Assembly: GCA_035624615.1 (NCBI GenBank)
Contig: DASPRE010000090.1
Coordinates: 682 to 64,681 of the forward strand
Source of the DNA: Burkholderiales bacterium
GTDB lineage: Bacteria > Pseudomonadota > Gammaproteobacteria > Burkholderiales > JAHFRG01
Length of the DNA: 64,000 nt
Direction of reading: 5' to 3'
This document shows, piece by piece, positions 55,952 through 64,000 of this stretch. The number at the start of each line of letters is the position of its first letter. The stretch's first letter is position 1. Made by a program: the position numbers and the translations under genes. The notes under the pieces are model-generated. The model saw only the letters and a list, made by a program, of their open reading frames with translations. It was not told where the DNA came from and did not search any database.

Positions 55952-57142
55952 TTGGAACTTTCGACACGGGTTCAGTTAATCAAGCCCTCCCCCACTCTTG
56001 CGGTAACGGCTCGCGCTGCAAAGCTCAAAGCCGAAGGCAAGGACATCATCGGCCTGGGTGCCGGCGAGCCCGACTTTGATACTCCGCAGCACATCAAGGA
56101 AGCGGCGATCGCCGCCATTAACAAGGGATTTACCAAGTACACGCCGGTGGGTGGAACGCCCGGCCTAAAAAACGCCGTAATCGCTAAGTTCAAGCGCGAA
56201 AATGGTCTGGACTATACCGCCGCGCAAATTCTGGTTTCCTGCGGTGGCAAGCAGAGCTTCTTTAACTTGGTGCTGGCTCACATCAATCCAGGCGACGAGG
56301 TCATTATTCCAGCGCCTTACTGGGTTTCGTATCCCGACATTGTGCTGATCGCTGAAGGCAAGCCGGTCATCATCGAAGCGGGCATCGAGCAGGCTTTCAA
56401 AATCTCGGCGAAGCAATTGCAAGCGGCAATTACCCCGAAAACCCGCATGCTGGTCATTAACAGCCCGAGCAATCCTACGGGTGCAGTTTACCAACCGGAG
56501 GAACTGAGAGCGCTGGGTGAAGTGCTGCGCAAACATCCGCAGGTGTTGATCGCCACCGACGACATTTACGAACATATCCTGCTTAGCGACGGCAAGTTCG
56601 TGAACATTTTGAATGCCTGTCCGGACCTTTACCCGCGTACCATGGTATTGAACGGCGTATCGAAGGCATATTCGATGACCGGCTGGCGCATCGGCTATGC
56701 CGGCGGACCGGAGGCCATCATCACCGCCATGGAAAACGTGCAATCGCAGAGCACCTCCAACCCAACATCGATTTCACAAGTAGCCGCTGAAACGGCTTTA
56801 AATGGCGACCAGTCCTGCATCAAGCCAATGGTCAAAGCGTTCCGCGAGCGGCATGCGTTTGTGGTGGAAAAGCTGAATAGCATGTCCGGAGTGCGATGCC
56901 TGCCGAGCGGAGGAGCTTTTTACGCGTTCCCCGACATGCGCAAGGCGATAGCCAAGTTGCACTCCAAGGGTCTGATCAAAAGCGGCAGCGATCTCGTTTT
57001 CTGCGAATACCTGCTTGAAAAAGGAGTTGCTGTTGTGCCGGGTTCGGCGTTCGGCGCGGAAGGCTATATCCGGCTCTCCTTTGCCACATCCTTGGAAAAC
57101 CTGAAAAAGGCGCTGGAGCGTATCCAACAGGCGTTAATTTAA
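55952..57142 (+). CDS. Class I PLP aspartate aminotransferase
   Basis: PSPTLA, GAGEPDF, NSPSNPTG, DDIY, NGVSKAYSMTGWRIG. Start re-called at TTG 55952 behind GAGGA. Confidence 0.93.
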   Translation: MELSTRVQLIKPSPTLAVTARAAKLKAEGKDIIGLGAGEPDFDTPQHIKEAAIAAINKGFTKYTPVGGTPGLKNAVIAKFKRENGLDYTAAQILVSCGGKQSFFNLVLAHINPGDEVIIPAPYWVSYPDIVLIAEGKPVIIEAGIEQAFKISAKQLQAAITPKTRMLVINSPSNPTGAVYQPEELRALGEVLRKHPQVLIATDDIYEHILLSDGKFVNILNACPDLYPRTMVLNGVSKAYSMTGWRIGYAGGPEAIITAMENVQSQSTSNPTSISQVAAETALNGDQSCIKPMVKAFRERHAFVVEKLNSMSGVRCLPSGGAFYAFPDMRKAIAKLHSKGLIKSGSDLVFCEYLLEKGVAVVPGSAFGAEGYIRLSFATSLENLKKALERIQQALI

Positions 57143-57390
57143 ACCGGCCGGGTTGCATTCCAATATGGCTTGTCGCCTTCTTTTTGGCAAATAATTTTTC
57201 AGTCATTTCTCCAGCTTCGAACCGCATCGAGGTTCCCGATACACTGCTCCACCACGGCGACCGGAATGCCCGGGATATCAGCGATCACTTAAACCATTTC
57301 ATTTGCCTGCAGCTTGTTTTGCATACCGATTCGGTTGACCGTGGCCCTCCCAAAAAGTTAACATGAATTGTTTTACAAACGTAAACAAAT

Positions 57391-57466
57391 TCCCCGATAG
57401 CTCAGTTGGTAGAGCGACGGACTGTTAATCCGCAGGTCGTAGGTTCGAGCCCTACTCGGGGAGCCA
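57391..57466 (+). tRNA. tRNA-Asn (GTT)
   Basis: TCCCCGATAGCTCAGTTGGTAGAGCGACGGACTGTTAATCCGCAGGTCGTAGGTTCGAGCCCTACTCGGGGAGCCA: 76 nt, D-loop, GTT anticodon, GTTCG T-loop, encoded CCA. Confidence 0.98.
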
Positions 57467-57578
57467 TCTTGAAGCAAAAGCAGGCGCTTTATCTATTAAG
57501 AGTCATCCATTTCGATCCGCAGCACCACGTGGGCGCGTGCAACTCTACTCCCCATTAGCTCGACCCTAAGAGCCCTGC

Positions 57579-58301
57579 GTGGATTTCCTCTTCATTCTTG
57601 CAGTCGGGCTCGTCGCCGGCACGCTCAGTGGCATCGTTGGCTTCGGTTCCACGATCATGCTCATGCCGGTGCTGGTCATTGATTTTGGTCCACGGCAAGC
57701 AGTCCCGATCATGGCCATTGCGGCCATCATGGTCAACTTCTCGCGTATCGTCGCGTGGTGGCGTGAAGTTGATTGGCGCGCCTGTGCAGCCTATTCGATC
57801 ACCGGCATTCCCGGCGCTGCGCTGGGGGCGGGAACGCTGCTCGTATTACCGCCGCGAATTATCGAAGCCACACTCGGCATTTTTTTCATCGCAATGATTC
57901 CAGCGCGGCGCTGGCTGGCCTCGCACAAGCTAAACATCGGAGTATGGCATCTTGCCGTCGTGGGTTTGGTGATTGGCTACATAACGGGAATTGTGGCTAC
58001 GACCGGTCCGATCTCGGTCCCGATTTTCCTGACTTATGGTCTGGTCAAAGGCGCGTTTCTCGCTACGGAAGCTGCTAGTTCTCTTGCCGTTTACGTGAGC
58101 AAAGCGGTCGTATTCCGCACGTTTGGCGCCTTGCCGACGGACATTATCGTCAAAGGCCTTATCACCGGCTCGACGTTGATGGCAGGCACATTCGTTGCCA
58201 AGCGATTTGTGCTTAAGCTTGAGCCTCAACAATTCCGTTTGCTAATGGAAGGATTGATGCTCGTTTCAGGCGCGACTATGCTGTGGGCCGCGGCGAGTTG
58301 A
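57579..58301 (+). CDS. TauE/SafE (TSUP) family membrane transporter
   Basis: About 8 TMs; GTLSGIVGFG, TTGPISVP. Confidence 0.85.
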   Translation: MDFLFILAVGLVAGTLSGIVGFGSTIMLMPVLVIDFGPRQAVPIMAIAAIMVNFSRIVAWWREVDWRACAAYSITGIPGAALGAGTLLVLPPRIIEATLGIFFIAMIPARRWLASHKLNIGVWHLAVVGLVIGYITGIVATTGPISVPIFLTYGLVKGAFLATEAASSLAVYVSKAVVFRTFGALPTDIIVKGLITGSTLMAGTFVAKRFVLKLEPQQFRLLMEGLMLVSGATMLWAAAS

Positions 58302-58316
58302 ACGACAAGCTATCTC

Positions 58317-58346
58317 AAAAAATAAACCGTCGGTAGCCACCCGACG
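58317..58346 (-). terminator. Probable intrinsic terminator for the minus-strand lipoprotein gene
   Basis: CGTCGG-TAGCCAC-CCGACG stem preceded on the plus strand by AAAAAATAAA, giving a U-tract on the minus strand. Confidence 0.4.
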
Positions 58347-58381
58347 TGGCCGCCCCAACGAGCGGACTGCACGCAGGTCAC

Positions 58382-58954
58382 TCAATTCAGATCGTCATCT
58401 TTCCAGTATTTGGTCCCTTGCACTGTCGCCTGAAGGGCCAGCCCGCTTTGGGTTAACTGGTAAATGGTGATATCACTAATTACGACTTGCCCCCCTCCTC
58501 CATAGCCCTGCTGGCTGGATTTGGCCGCCGCCTCGGCTTCAGCCCCGAATTCCCAGCCCTTGTTGACGAACTGCTCCATGACCGACCGTTTATTAAAAAT
58601 GAATACCGCGCGGAAATCCGTAAGTCCCAGTCCGAGGCCGACACCAAGCTCTCCCATTTTCATGAACGTATTCTTGCCCGTTCGATTATCTTTCGCGACC
58701 CCATACCCGCTGCCACCGCTGACAAAAAAGAGGTAAACGTTCCAGTTGCTGAAAACCGCGTAGCCGGGCGCAGATGCAATTTCCGTTCTTGCCTGCGGGT
58801 GCTCTTTATATAGTTCCGACAGAACTTTCTCTCTCATGTCGAGAATAGCCTGCCGTTTTGTTACCGGAGTGTTGCCACCGGTGGTGGAACAACTGTTCAA
58901 CAGCAAGCTTATTGCCACCAAGCATAAGCTGATTTTCATTCGTTGCATATTCAT
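58382..58954 (-). CDS. SYLF/Ysc84-like lipid-binding lipoprotein
   Basis: Lipobox LLNSC; APGYAVF, GGSGYG, GLGLGL, GLALQATVQGTKYW. Confidence 0.8.
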   Translation of the reverse strand: MNMQRMKISLCLVAISLLLNSCSTTGGNTPVTKRQAILDMREKVLSELYKEHPQARTEIASAPGYAVFSNWNVYLFFVSGGSGYGVAKDNRTGKNTFMKMGELGVGLGLGLTDFRAVFIFNKRSVMEQFVNKGWEFGAEAEAAAKSSQQGYGGGGQVVISDITIYQLTQSGLALQATVQGTKYWKDDDLN

Positions 58955-59494
58955 CCTCCAGGTTGCCTAGTTATATCCGAAGTAGCTGGCTATTACCACC
59001 GCGACAATCAGGGACTCTGCAGGCAAGAACCCGCAAACTCTTACCACTCACCTGCGCCCCAGGTTCAGTTTCACGTTGAGGCTATCGAATCTTCCTGAAG
59101 TAGTCAATGCGCTATGTCCCATTCCGAGCTGCGCCAAGAGCTGCCAAATGCCTCTAAATAGTGCTGCGCGATGAAACGACACGAATAACAGGAGGTGAAA
59201 TTTTCAAGGGTCTGTGCGAATTCCACGCCATGGTGATCCGCATTTAGCCCCCGCACGTTCAATCCGCAGGGACCTATCATATTCCAAATTTAAGCGTGCT
59301 GAGGACATTGCCGGAGCCCGTGACAAATTTCACATTCTTCTTTCCTCTGACGCCGTTTATCCTCACAGAATAGCCTTTTATCAGATTGAGCTTGTGCCTT
59401 CGTTTGACGGTTGCGATAATTCAGACGTGAAAAAAAGAAAGCGTTAATTGTGCCCATTTTGGACAGTCATTGAATTCGGAGAAGGGGAAGGAAA

Positions 59495-62400
59495 ATGAAA
59501 TCTCAAGACTCAGGTTGGCAATCAGCAAAGATTGCTGCGCTCGTGTTACTGGGTTGCCTCGCCGCATTTTCGGCGAGCGCTGGGGCAGCCAGTTTGAACC
59601 TGGATAACGTACCGCTGTACATCAACTCAAACGTCCAGCCCATCGTGATGCTGGACATTACCAAGGACCACGCGCTGTATAAAAAGGCATACAACGACTA
59701 CACCGATCTTGACGCCAATGGCGTGGTTGATTCGTACGAGACCACGTACTGGCACCAGAACGACTATTACGGTTATTTCGATCCCGTCAAGTGCTATGAC
59801 TATGACACCGTGAATAACGTATTTTTTCCGGTCGCCATTTCCCCAGGGAGCAACAAGTACTGCAATACGATTACTTCCAGTGGCCATGGCACCTGGAGCG
59901 GTAACTTTTTGAACTGGGCCACCATGACGCGCATGGACCTGGTGCGCAAGCTCCTTTACGGTGGCAAACGCTCAACTGATTTGTCTACGGCACCCTATAC
60001 AACAATCCTCGAGCGGGCTCTTTTACCACCGGACGGGCATTCTTTCAGCAAGTTTTACGCCGGTTCCGACATCGCTTGGCTTACTCCTTATAACCCAACG
60101 ATCACTCCGAATAGTGGATCGATAAAGGGTTCAGCAGCACCAACCGGCTCCAGCCCTCCTTATTCATACGGCAGTACGGTGTCTTTCAAGGTGGGCAGTA
60201 GCGCGACACTCCTCACGTCGGGTACCAACAATTTCCAGAATCGTTTCGTATATTATTTCCGCCAGTCACAGATATCAGTATGCAGAGGCGACCAGGTCAA
60301 GGTCGCAATAGACGCCACCCATTACATGGTGGGCGTGGTCTGGGACACAGACCAGGGCGATTGCAGTACCGCCTCGACCTCAGGCAATGGTGGATTTACG
60401 CTTGCAGTTGATCATCCGACAGGCCTGGTCGGGGCCGCCTCGAGCTCGTCTGCGTCTGCCTGGACCGTCACCGATCTCACAAATACTGGGATCTCTCTCT
60501 GCAATGTAACGCTTTCGAGTGGTGGAACTTTTTCCGAGACCGATAACGATCCACCATCGCTTCGAGTGGCAAAAGGAAATTTCGCATTATGGGCCCACAA
60601 CGACTGGAAGTTGTGCCATTGGAATCCCGGAGCCGGCCCCAACCAGCTTGGCGTTCTTTCCGGCGGCGGTAATGGCAATTTCGCAAGCGTGACTCTGGGT
60701 AACAACCCTCTTGCTAGCGCTCTGACCCAGACGAGCAACTCGGGCAGCAGCGGGCCACCAAATACCTTTGTCCCCGCCAGCCTGGCGTGGGCGTCTGCTA
60801 CCAGCCCGCTCAAGTCAGTTCAAGGACTGGCGATACCGGGGTCTGCGAATTACGAATTTACCATGCGGGTCAAGGCCTGTGTGTCCAATGCGCTCATCGG
60901 AACTGAACAATGCAAATTATACGGAAACGGAACCAGCTTGAAGCCCACCGGGCTGATGCAGGTCTATGGAGACCCCGGAGTCGATTCGATGTATTTCGGC
61001 CTGTTCACCGGAAGCTATGCGAAAAACAAGTCGGGTGGGGTGCTGCGCAAGAACGCCGGCACTTTTACCAATGAGGTTGACGCGAACACCGGCGTGTTTC
61101 TCCGCCCTGCTTCGGGCAGCATTGTAGATAACCTCGACCGGTTCCGGTTGTACGGTTATTCTTGGTACGGCAATATTAATAACCCTGGTGACCCTACTGA
61201 CACTACAGGAAACTATGCTGACAACGGCACCACTACTGAAAGCTGCCCTACTATCAACCCCGATACTGGCACGGGCCCGCCGGGATCATACGCAAACCGT
61301 GCGGATTTCTCTGAAGGCCGTTGCACCTCCTGGGGCAATCCGATTTCGGAAATGTATCTCGAGTCGCTGCGCTACCTGGCACATAAAAGCCCGGACCCCC
61401 GATTTACCTATAGCGGCACCACCCCGGACAGCATCCTGGGACTCTCGCAACCGAGCTGGAACGATCCACTGACCAGCAATACCTACTGCGCGCCGCTGAA
61501 TGCCGTGGTGATCAATGGTGCGACGCAATCCTTTGACAGCGATCAACTGGACAAAATAACCGACCTCAATACTGCGCAAACCGCCGCGCAGTGGACCAAT
61601 TTAATTGGCGACAGCCAGCATGAGAATATCAATGGCGGAAAGTGGATAGTCGGCAATAGTGATACCCTCAGCAACAATATCTGTTCGTCAAAGACGGTGA
61701 ACCTCTTTGGCAATGTTTCGGGAATCTGTCCCGAGCAGCCCCGCTATCAGGGTTCTTACAATATAGCGGGTGTCGCCTATGCGGCTCATACGAACAAAAT
61801 ACGCACTGATTTGGCAGTGCCTTCAACCGACACCAATTCGCTCAAAGTCACGACCTCAACTTTTTCGCTTTCGCCCAATGTTCCAGCGATCACCATTCCC
61901 GTGGGCGCGAAGAAGGTTACGATCATGCCCGCAGGAATGTTTGAAGACAAGATCGTCACTTTCGGCCCTGGCGAAATTGTGGACTTTAAAATGATCAAAG
62001 TCGGATCGAACGCGACCGGCCCCTTCGGCACATACCTTGTTCAATGGGACGAGAATGGAGCAGGAGCAGACTACGAGCTGGACATATCTGGAATTATCAG
62101 CTACCAGGTCAATAACGCCACAAGTCAGATCACGGTCTCAACAAAAGTGGCGGGCAGAGGTGGAAACGGCTGCGACGGGTTTGGTTATGTGATCACCGGA
62201 ACAACCGAAGATGGTGCCCATTTCTATTCCGGGATACAAGATAGTAATTCTGCTAACTGGTCCATAAACGGCGGCAACGGTTGCCGTAATGCCGCGACAG
62301 CCACGACCACGAACCCTGGCTTCTATTATCAGTACACCTCGCCCAGCGGGACAGTCACTACCGAATGTAAAGCATGCATTATCGACAGTAACCCTCAGGT

Positions 62401-64000
62401 TCCATCGATGAGCCATACTTTTAACGTGGTAGGTGGCGGCGGAACGCTGCAAGATCCGCTCTGGTATGTGGCGAAATACGGCGGTTTTCACGACCTCAAT
62501 GGCAACGGTATTCCGGACCAGACGGCTGAATGGGACAGCGTGATTAACAACACCGGCTTGGATGGCAGCGACGGACTCCCGGACAATTACTTCCCGGTGA
62601 CCAATCCCAACCGGCTGCAAATAGCGCTCGACCGGGCTTTTACACAGATACTGGGTGTGTCATCATCGACTTCAGTTGCGACCAACTCGACCTCGCTTAA
62701 CACCGGAACGCGGATTTTCCAGGCGCGTTTCAACAGCGCAGACTGGAGCGGGCAGTTGTTATCCTACCCAATTGACTTGAACGGGAACATTTCATCCGCC
62801 AAGGACTGGGATTCAGGCCAGCAAATCAACGGGCAAACCCCGGCCAGCCGCGTGATCTTGAGCTATAACCCGACTTCAGGCGTTGCGCATAATAATTCGG
62901 GCATTCCCTTTGAGTGGGCCAATGTGGGCGCGATCCCAACACTTGCCGCCTACCTCAACCAGAACGCTGGTGGGGTAGTGGACGCGTTGGGCAGCTCGCG
63001 GCTCGCTTATCTAAGGGGCGATGCAAGCCTCGAAGGGACTTCTGCCAATAAATTCAGAAGGCGTCCGGCAAGCAAGTTGGGGGATATCATCAATTCCAAT
63101 CCGCAATACGTGGGCGCGCCCAGCAGCAGCAATTACGCCAATTATGCCGATCCGACCTATGGCACCTTTGCCAGCAACTACGCCCTCCGCACCCCGGTGG
63201 TGTACATGGGCGCCAATGATGGCTTGCTGCATGGATTTAATGCCCTCCAGAGCACGGCCTCCGGTGGCGGCAAGGAAGTGCTGGGTTATGTCCCAAGCCG
63301 CATCTATTCTGACTTGCCCAAGTACATGTCCCAGAACTATGTGCACCGCTATTATGTGGATGGCACCGCCAATGTCCAAGACGTCTGTACGGCAAATACC
63401 GCCTTACCCGCTGGCACCAATTTCTGCCCGGCAGCATCCAACTGGAAGAGCGTGCTGGTGGGCGATTTACGGGCGGGTGGCCAAGGTGTCTTTGCCTTGG
63501 ATGTAACCGATCCCAGCCAGTTTACTGAAGCCAACGCGAATAAGCTTGCGCTGTGGGAATTCACCGATTCCGATGATGCCGATCTGGGCTTTGTCTACGA
63601 CCAGCCGCAGATAGGGAAGATGGCCAACGGCAAGTGGGCGGTCGTGTTTGGTAACGGCTACGACAACACGTATTCTTGCACAATCCGGCCCTGTCCCAAC
63701 ATGGGGGGCGCTGAAGGACCGCTGGATAACCACGCGAGCGCGACCGGGCATGGCGTGCTGTATATCCTGTTTATCCAGGATGGCGCCACCAGCAGTTCCT
63801 GGGTCGCCGGCACTAATTTCATCAAGCTTGATACCAAGGTCGGAACATCAGGCAGCCCCAACGGACTAGCGCAACCGGTGTTGGTAGATACCAACGGCGA
63901 TGGTGTCGTGGACTACATCTATGTTGGAGATCTCCAGGGGAATATGTGGAAATTCGATGTCACGAATTCGAATCCCACCAACTGGGCTTCGGCATTTAAC
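59495..64000 (+). CDS. pilY1: Type IV pilus tip adhesin PilY1/PilC, more than 1500 aa, runs off right edge (not in ORF track)
   Basis: Hand translation MKSQDSGWQSAKIAALVLLGCLAAFSASAGA (signal peptide)...GNFLNWATMTRMDLVRKLLYGG...KPTGLMQ...LWYVAKYGGF...YLRGD...YMGANDGLLHGFN...DTNGDGVVDYIYVGDLQGNMWKFD. I checked the frame at several points rather than along its whole length. Confidence 0.9.
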   Translation, partial: MKSQDSGWQSAKIAALVLLGCLAAFSASAGAASLNLDNVPLYINSNVQPIVMLDITKDHALYKKAYNDYTDLDANGVVDSYETTYWHQNDYYGYFDPVKCYDYDTVNNVFFPVAISPGSNKYCNTITSSGHGTWSGNFLNWATMTRMDLVRKLLYGGKRSTDLSTAPYTTILERALLPPDGHSFSKFYAGSDIAWLTPYNPTITPNSGSIKGSAAPTGSSPPYSYGSTVSFKVGSSATLLTSGTNNFQNRFVYYFRQSQISVCRGDQVKVAIDATHYMVGVVWDTDQGDCSTASTSGNGGFTLAVDHPTGLVGAASSSSASAWTVTDLTNTGISLCNVTLSSGGTFSETDNDPPSLRVAKGNFALWAHNDWKLCHWNPGAGPNQLGVLSGGGNGNFASVTLGNNPLASALTQTSNSGSSGPPNTFVPASLAWASATSPLKSVQGLAIPGSANYEFTMRVKACVSNALIGTEQCKLYGNGTSLKPTGLMQVYGDPGVDSMYFGLFTGSYAKNKSGGVLRKNAGTFTNEVDANTGVFLRPASGSIVDNLDRFRLYGYSWYGNINNPGDPTDTTGNYADNGTTTESCPTINPDTGTGPPGSYANRADFSEGRCTSWGNPISEMYLESLRYLAHKSPDPRFTYSGTTPDSILGLSQPSWNDPLTSNTYCAPLNAVVINGATQSFDSDQLDKITDLNTAQTAAQWTNLIGDSQHENINGGKWIVGNSDTLSNNICSSKTVNLFGNVSGICPEQPRYQGSYNIAGVAYAAHTNKIRTDLAVPSTDTNSLKVTTSTFSLSPNVPAITIPVGAKKVTIMPAGMFEDKIVTFGPGEIVDFKMIKVGSNATGPFGTYLVQWDENGAGADYELDISGIISYQVNNATSQITVSTKVAGRGGNGCDGFGYVITGTTEDGAHFYSGIQDSNSANWSINGGNGCRNAATATTTNPGFYYQYTSPSGTVTTECKACIIDSNPQVPSMSHTFNVVGGGGTLQDPLWYVAKYGGFHDLNGNGIPDQTAEWDSVINNTGLDGSDGLPDNYFPVTNPNRLQIALDRAFTQILGVSSSTSVATNSTSLNTGTRIFQARFNSADWSGQLLSYPIDLNGNISSAKDWDSGQQINGQTPASRVILSYNPTSGVAHNNSGIPFEWANVGAIPTLAAYLNQNAGGVVDALGSSRLAYLRGDASLEGTSANKFRRRPASKLGDIINSNPQYVGAPSSSNYANYADPTYGTFASNYALRTPVVYMGANDGLLHGFNALQSTASGGGKEVLGYVPSRIYSDLPKYMSQNYVHRYYVDGTANVQDVCTANTALPAGTNFCPAASNWKSVLVGDLRAGGQGVFALDVTDPSQFTEANANKLALWEFTDSDDADLGFVYDQPQIGKMANGKWAVVFGNGYDNTYSCTIRPCPNMGGAEGPLDNHASATGHGVLYILFIQDGATSSSWVAGTNFIKLDTKVGTSGSPNGLAQPVLVDTNGDGVVDYIYVGDLQGNMWKFDVTNSNPTNWASAFN

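Larger units (their letters stand above)
963..55992. other. Polarised KOPS motifs (GGGNAGGG) converging on dif
   Basis: Plus strand at 963, 7842, 14504, 23614, 24511; minus strand at 30991, 34317, 39758, 42113, 43351, 55985. Manual, non-exhaustive scan with no counter-oriented copy noticed. Confidence 0.75.

Noticed and set aside
57196-57325. Short minus-strand frame MQNKLQANEMV*VIADIPGIPVAVVEQCIGNLDAVRSWRND interrupted by a stop
   Set aside because: Too short and matches no family I recognise; cannot be called a pseudogene.
59455-59480. Sigma-54 promoter upstream of pilY1 (TGGACAGTCATTGA), and similar candidates in 9208-9668
   Set aside because: The invariant -12 GC is missing or the spacing is wrong.
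57391-59494. Genomic island or prophage integrated at tRNA-Asn
   Set aside because: No integrase and no duplicated tRNA 3' end (att) were seen in the window; the downstream genes are only possibly accessory.
311-63894. Numerous alternative-frame ORFs in the track (for example 311-1015, 14019-14411, 21958-22557, 43396-44151, 60412-60813)
   Set aside because: They are antisense or out-of-frame shadows of well-supported genes and carry no family motifs.
1-64000. CRISPR array, IS transposase, integrase or rRNA
   Set aside because: No regularly spaced direct repeats and no DDE or tyrosine-recombinase ORFs or rRNA signatures were seen by eye.

Overview
Betaproteobacterial-type chromosome segment that spans the replication terminus: a canonical XerCD dif site at 25416-25443, with every KOPS motif I found by eye pointing toward it. 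Left of dif lies about 27 kb of accessory DNA. Its standout element (1-12369, running off the left edge) is a divergent biosynthetic gene cluster. It combines look-alikes of the valanimycin N-N/azoxy machinery (stand-alone DUF2156 VlmA-like transferase, small VlmO-like membrane protein, VlmB-like ferritin-like diiron enzyme, VlmJ-like DAGK-family kinase) with lipid-handling parts: a class III aminotransferase fused to an acyl-ACP-reductase-like domain, a flavin monooxygenase, an SCP2 lipid carrier, an MMPL exporter and an APC permease. I infer a pathway to a fatty-alkyl hydrazine/azoxy lipid in a Gram-negative bacterium. The Vlm homologies come from recalled family motifs, not from a database search. 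Next come pncA-pncB, a Ser/Thr kinase-cNMP fusion with a perfect CRP-type box upstream, several nucleic-acid-acting orphans (PolX-N/HhH, DUF72, DUF99, RtcA), a Lon-like protease with a USP, and a PhaC-like hydrolase. Right of dif is the conserved tatD-pilZ-holB-tmk-mltG-pabC-fabF-acpP-fabG-fabD-fabH-plsX-rpmF-yceD / maf / S49 / rluC / rne block, with eroded HAD and Rieske remnants. The window ends with an RND efflux pair, uvrB, an aspartate aminotransferase, tRNA-Asn and a stand-alone PilY1 of more than 1500 aa that runs off the right edge.
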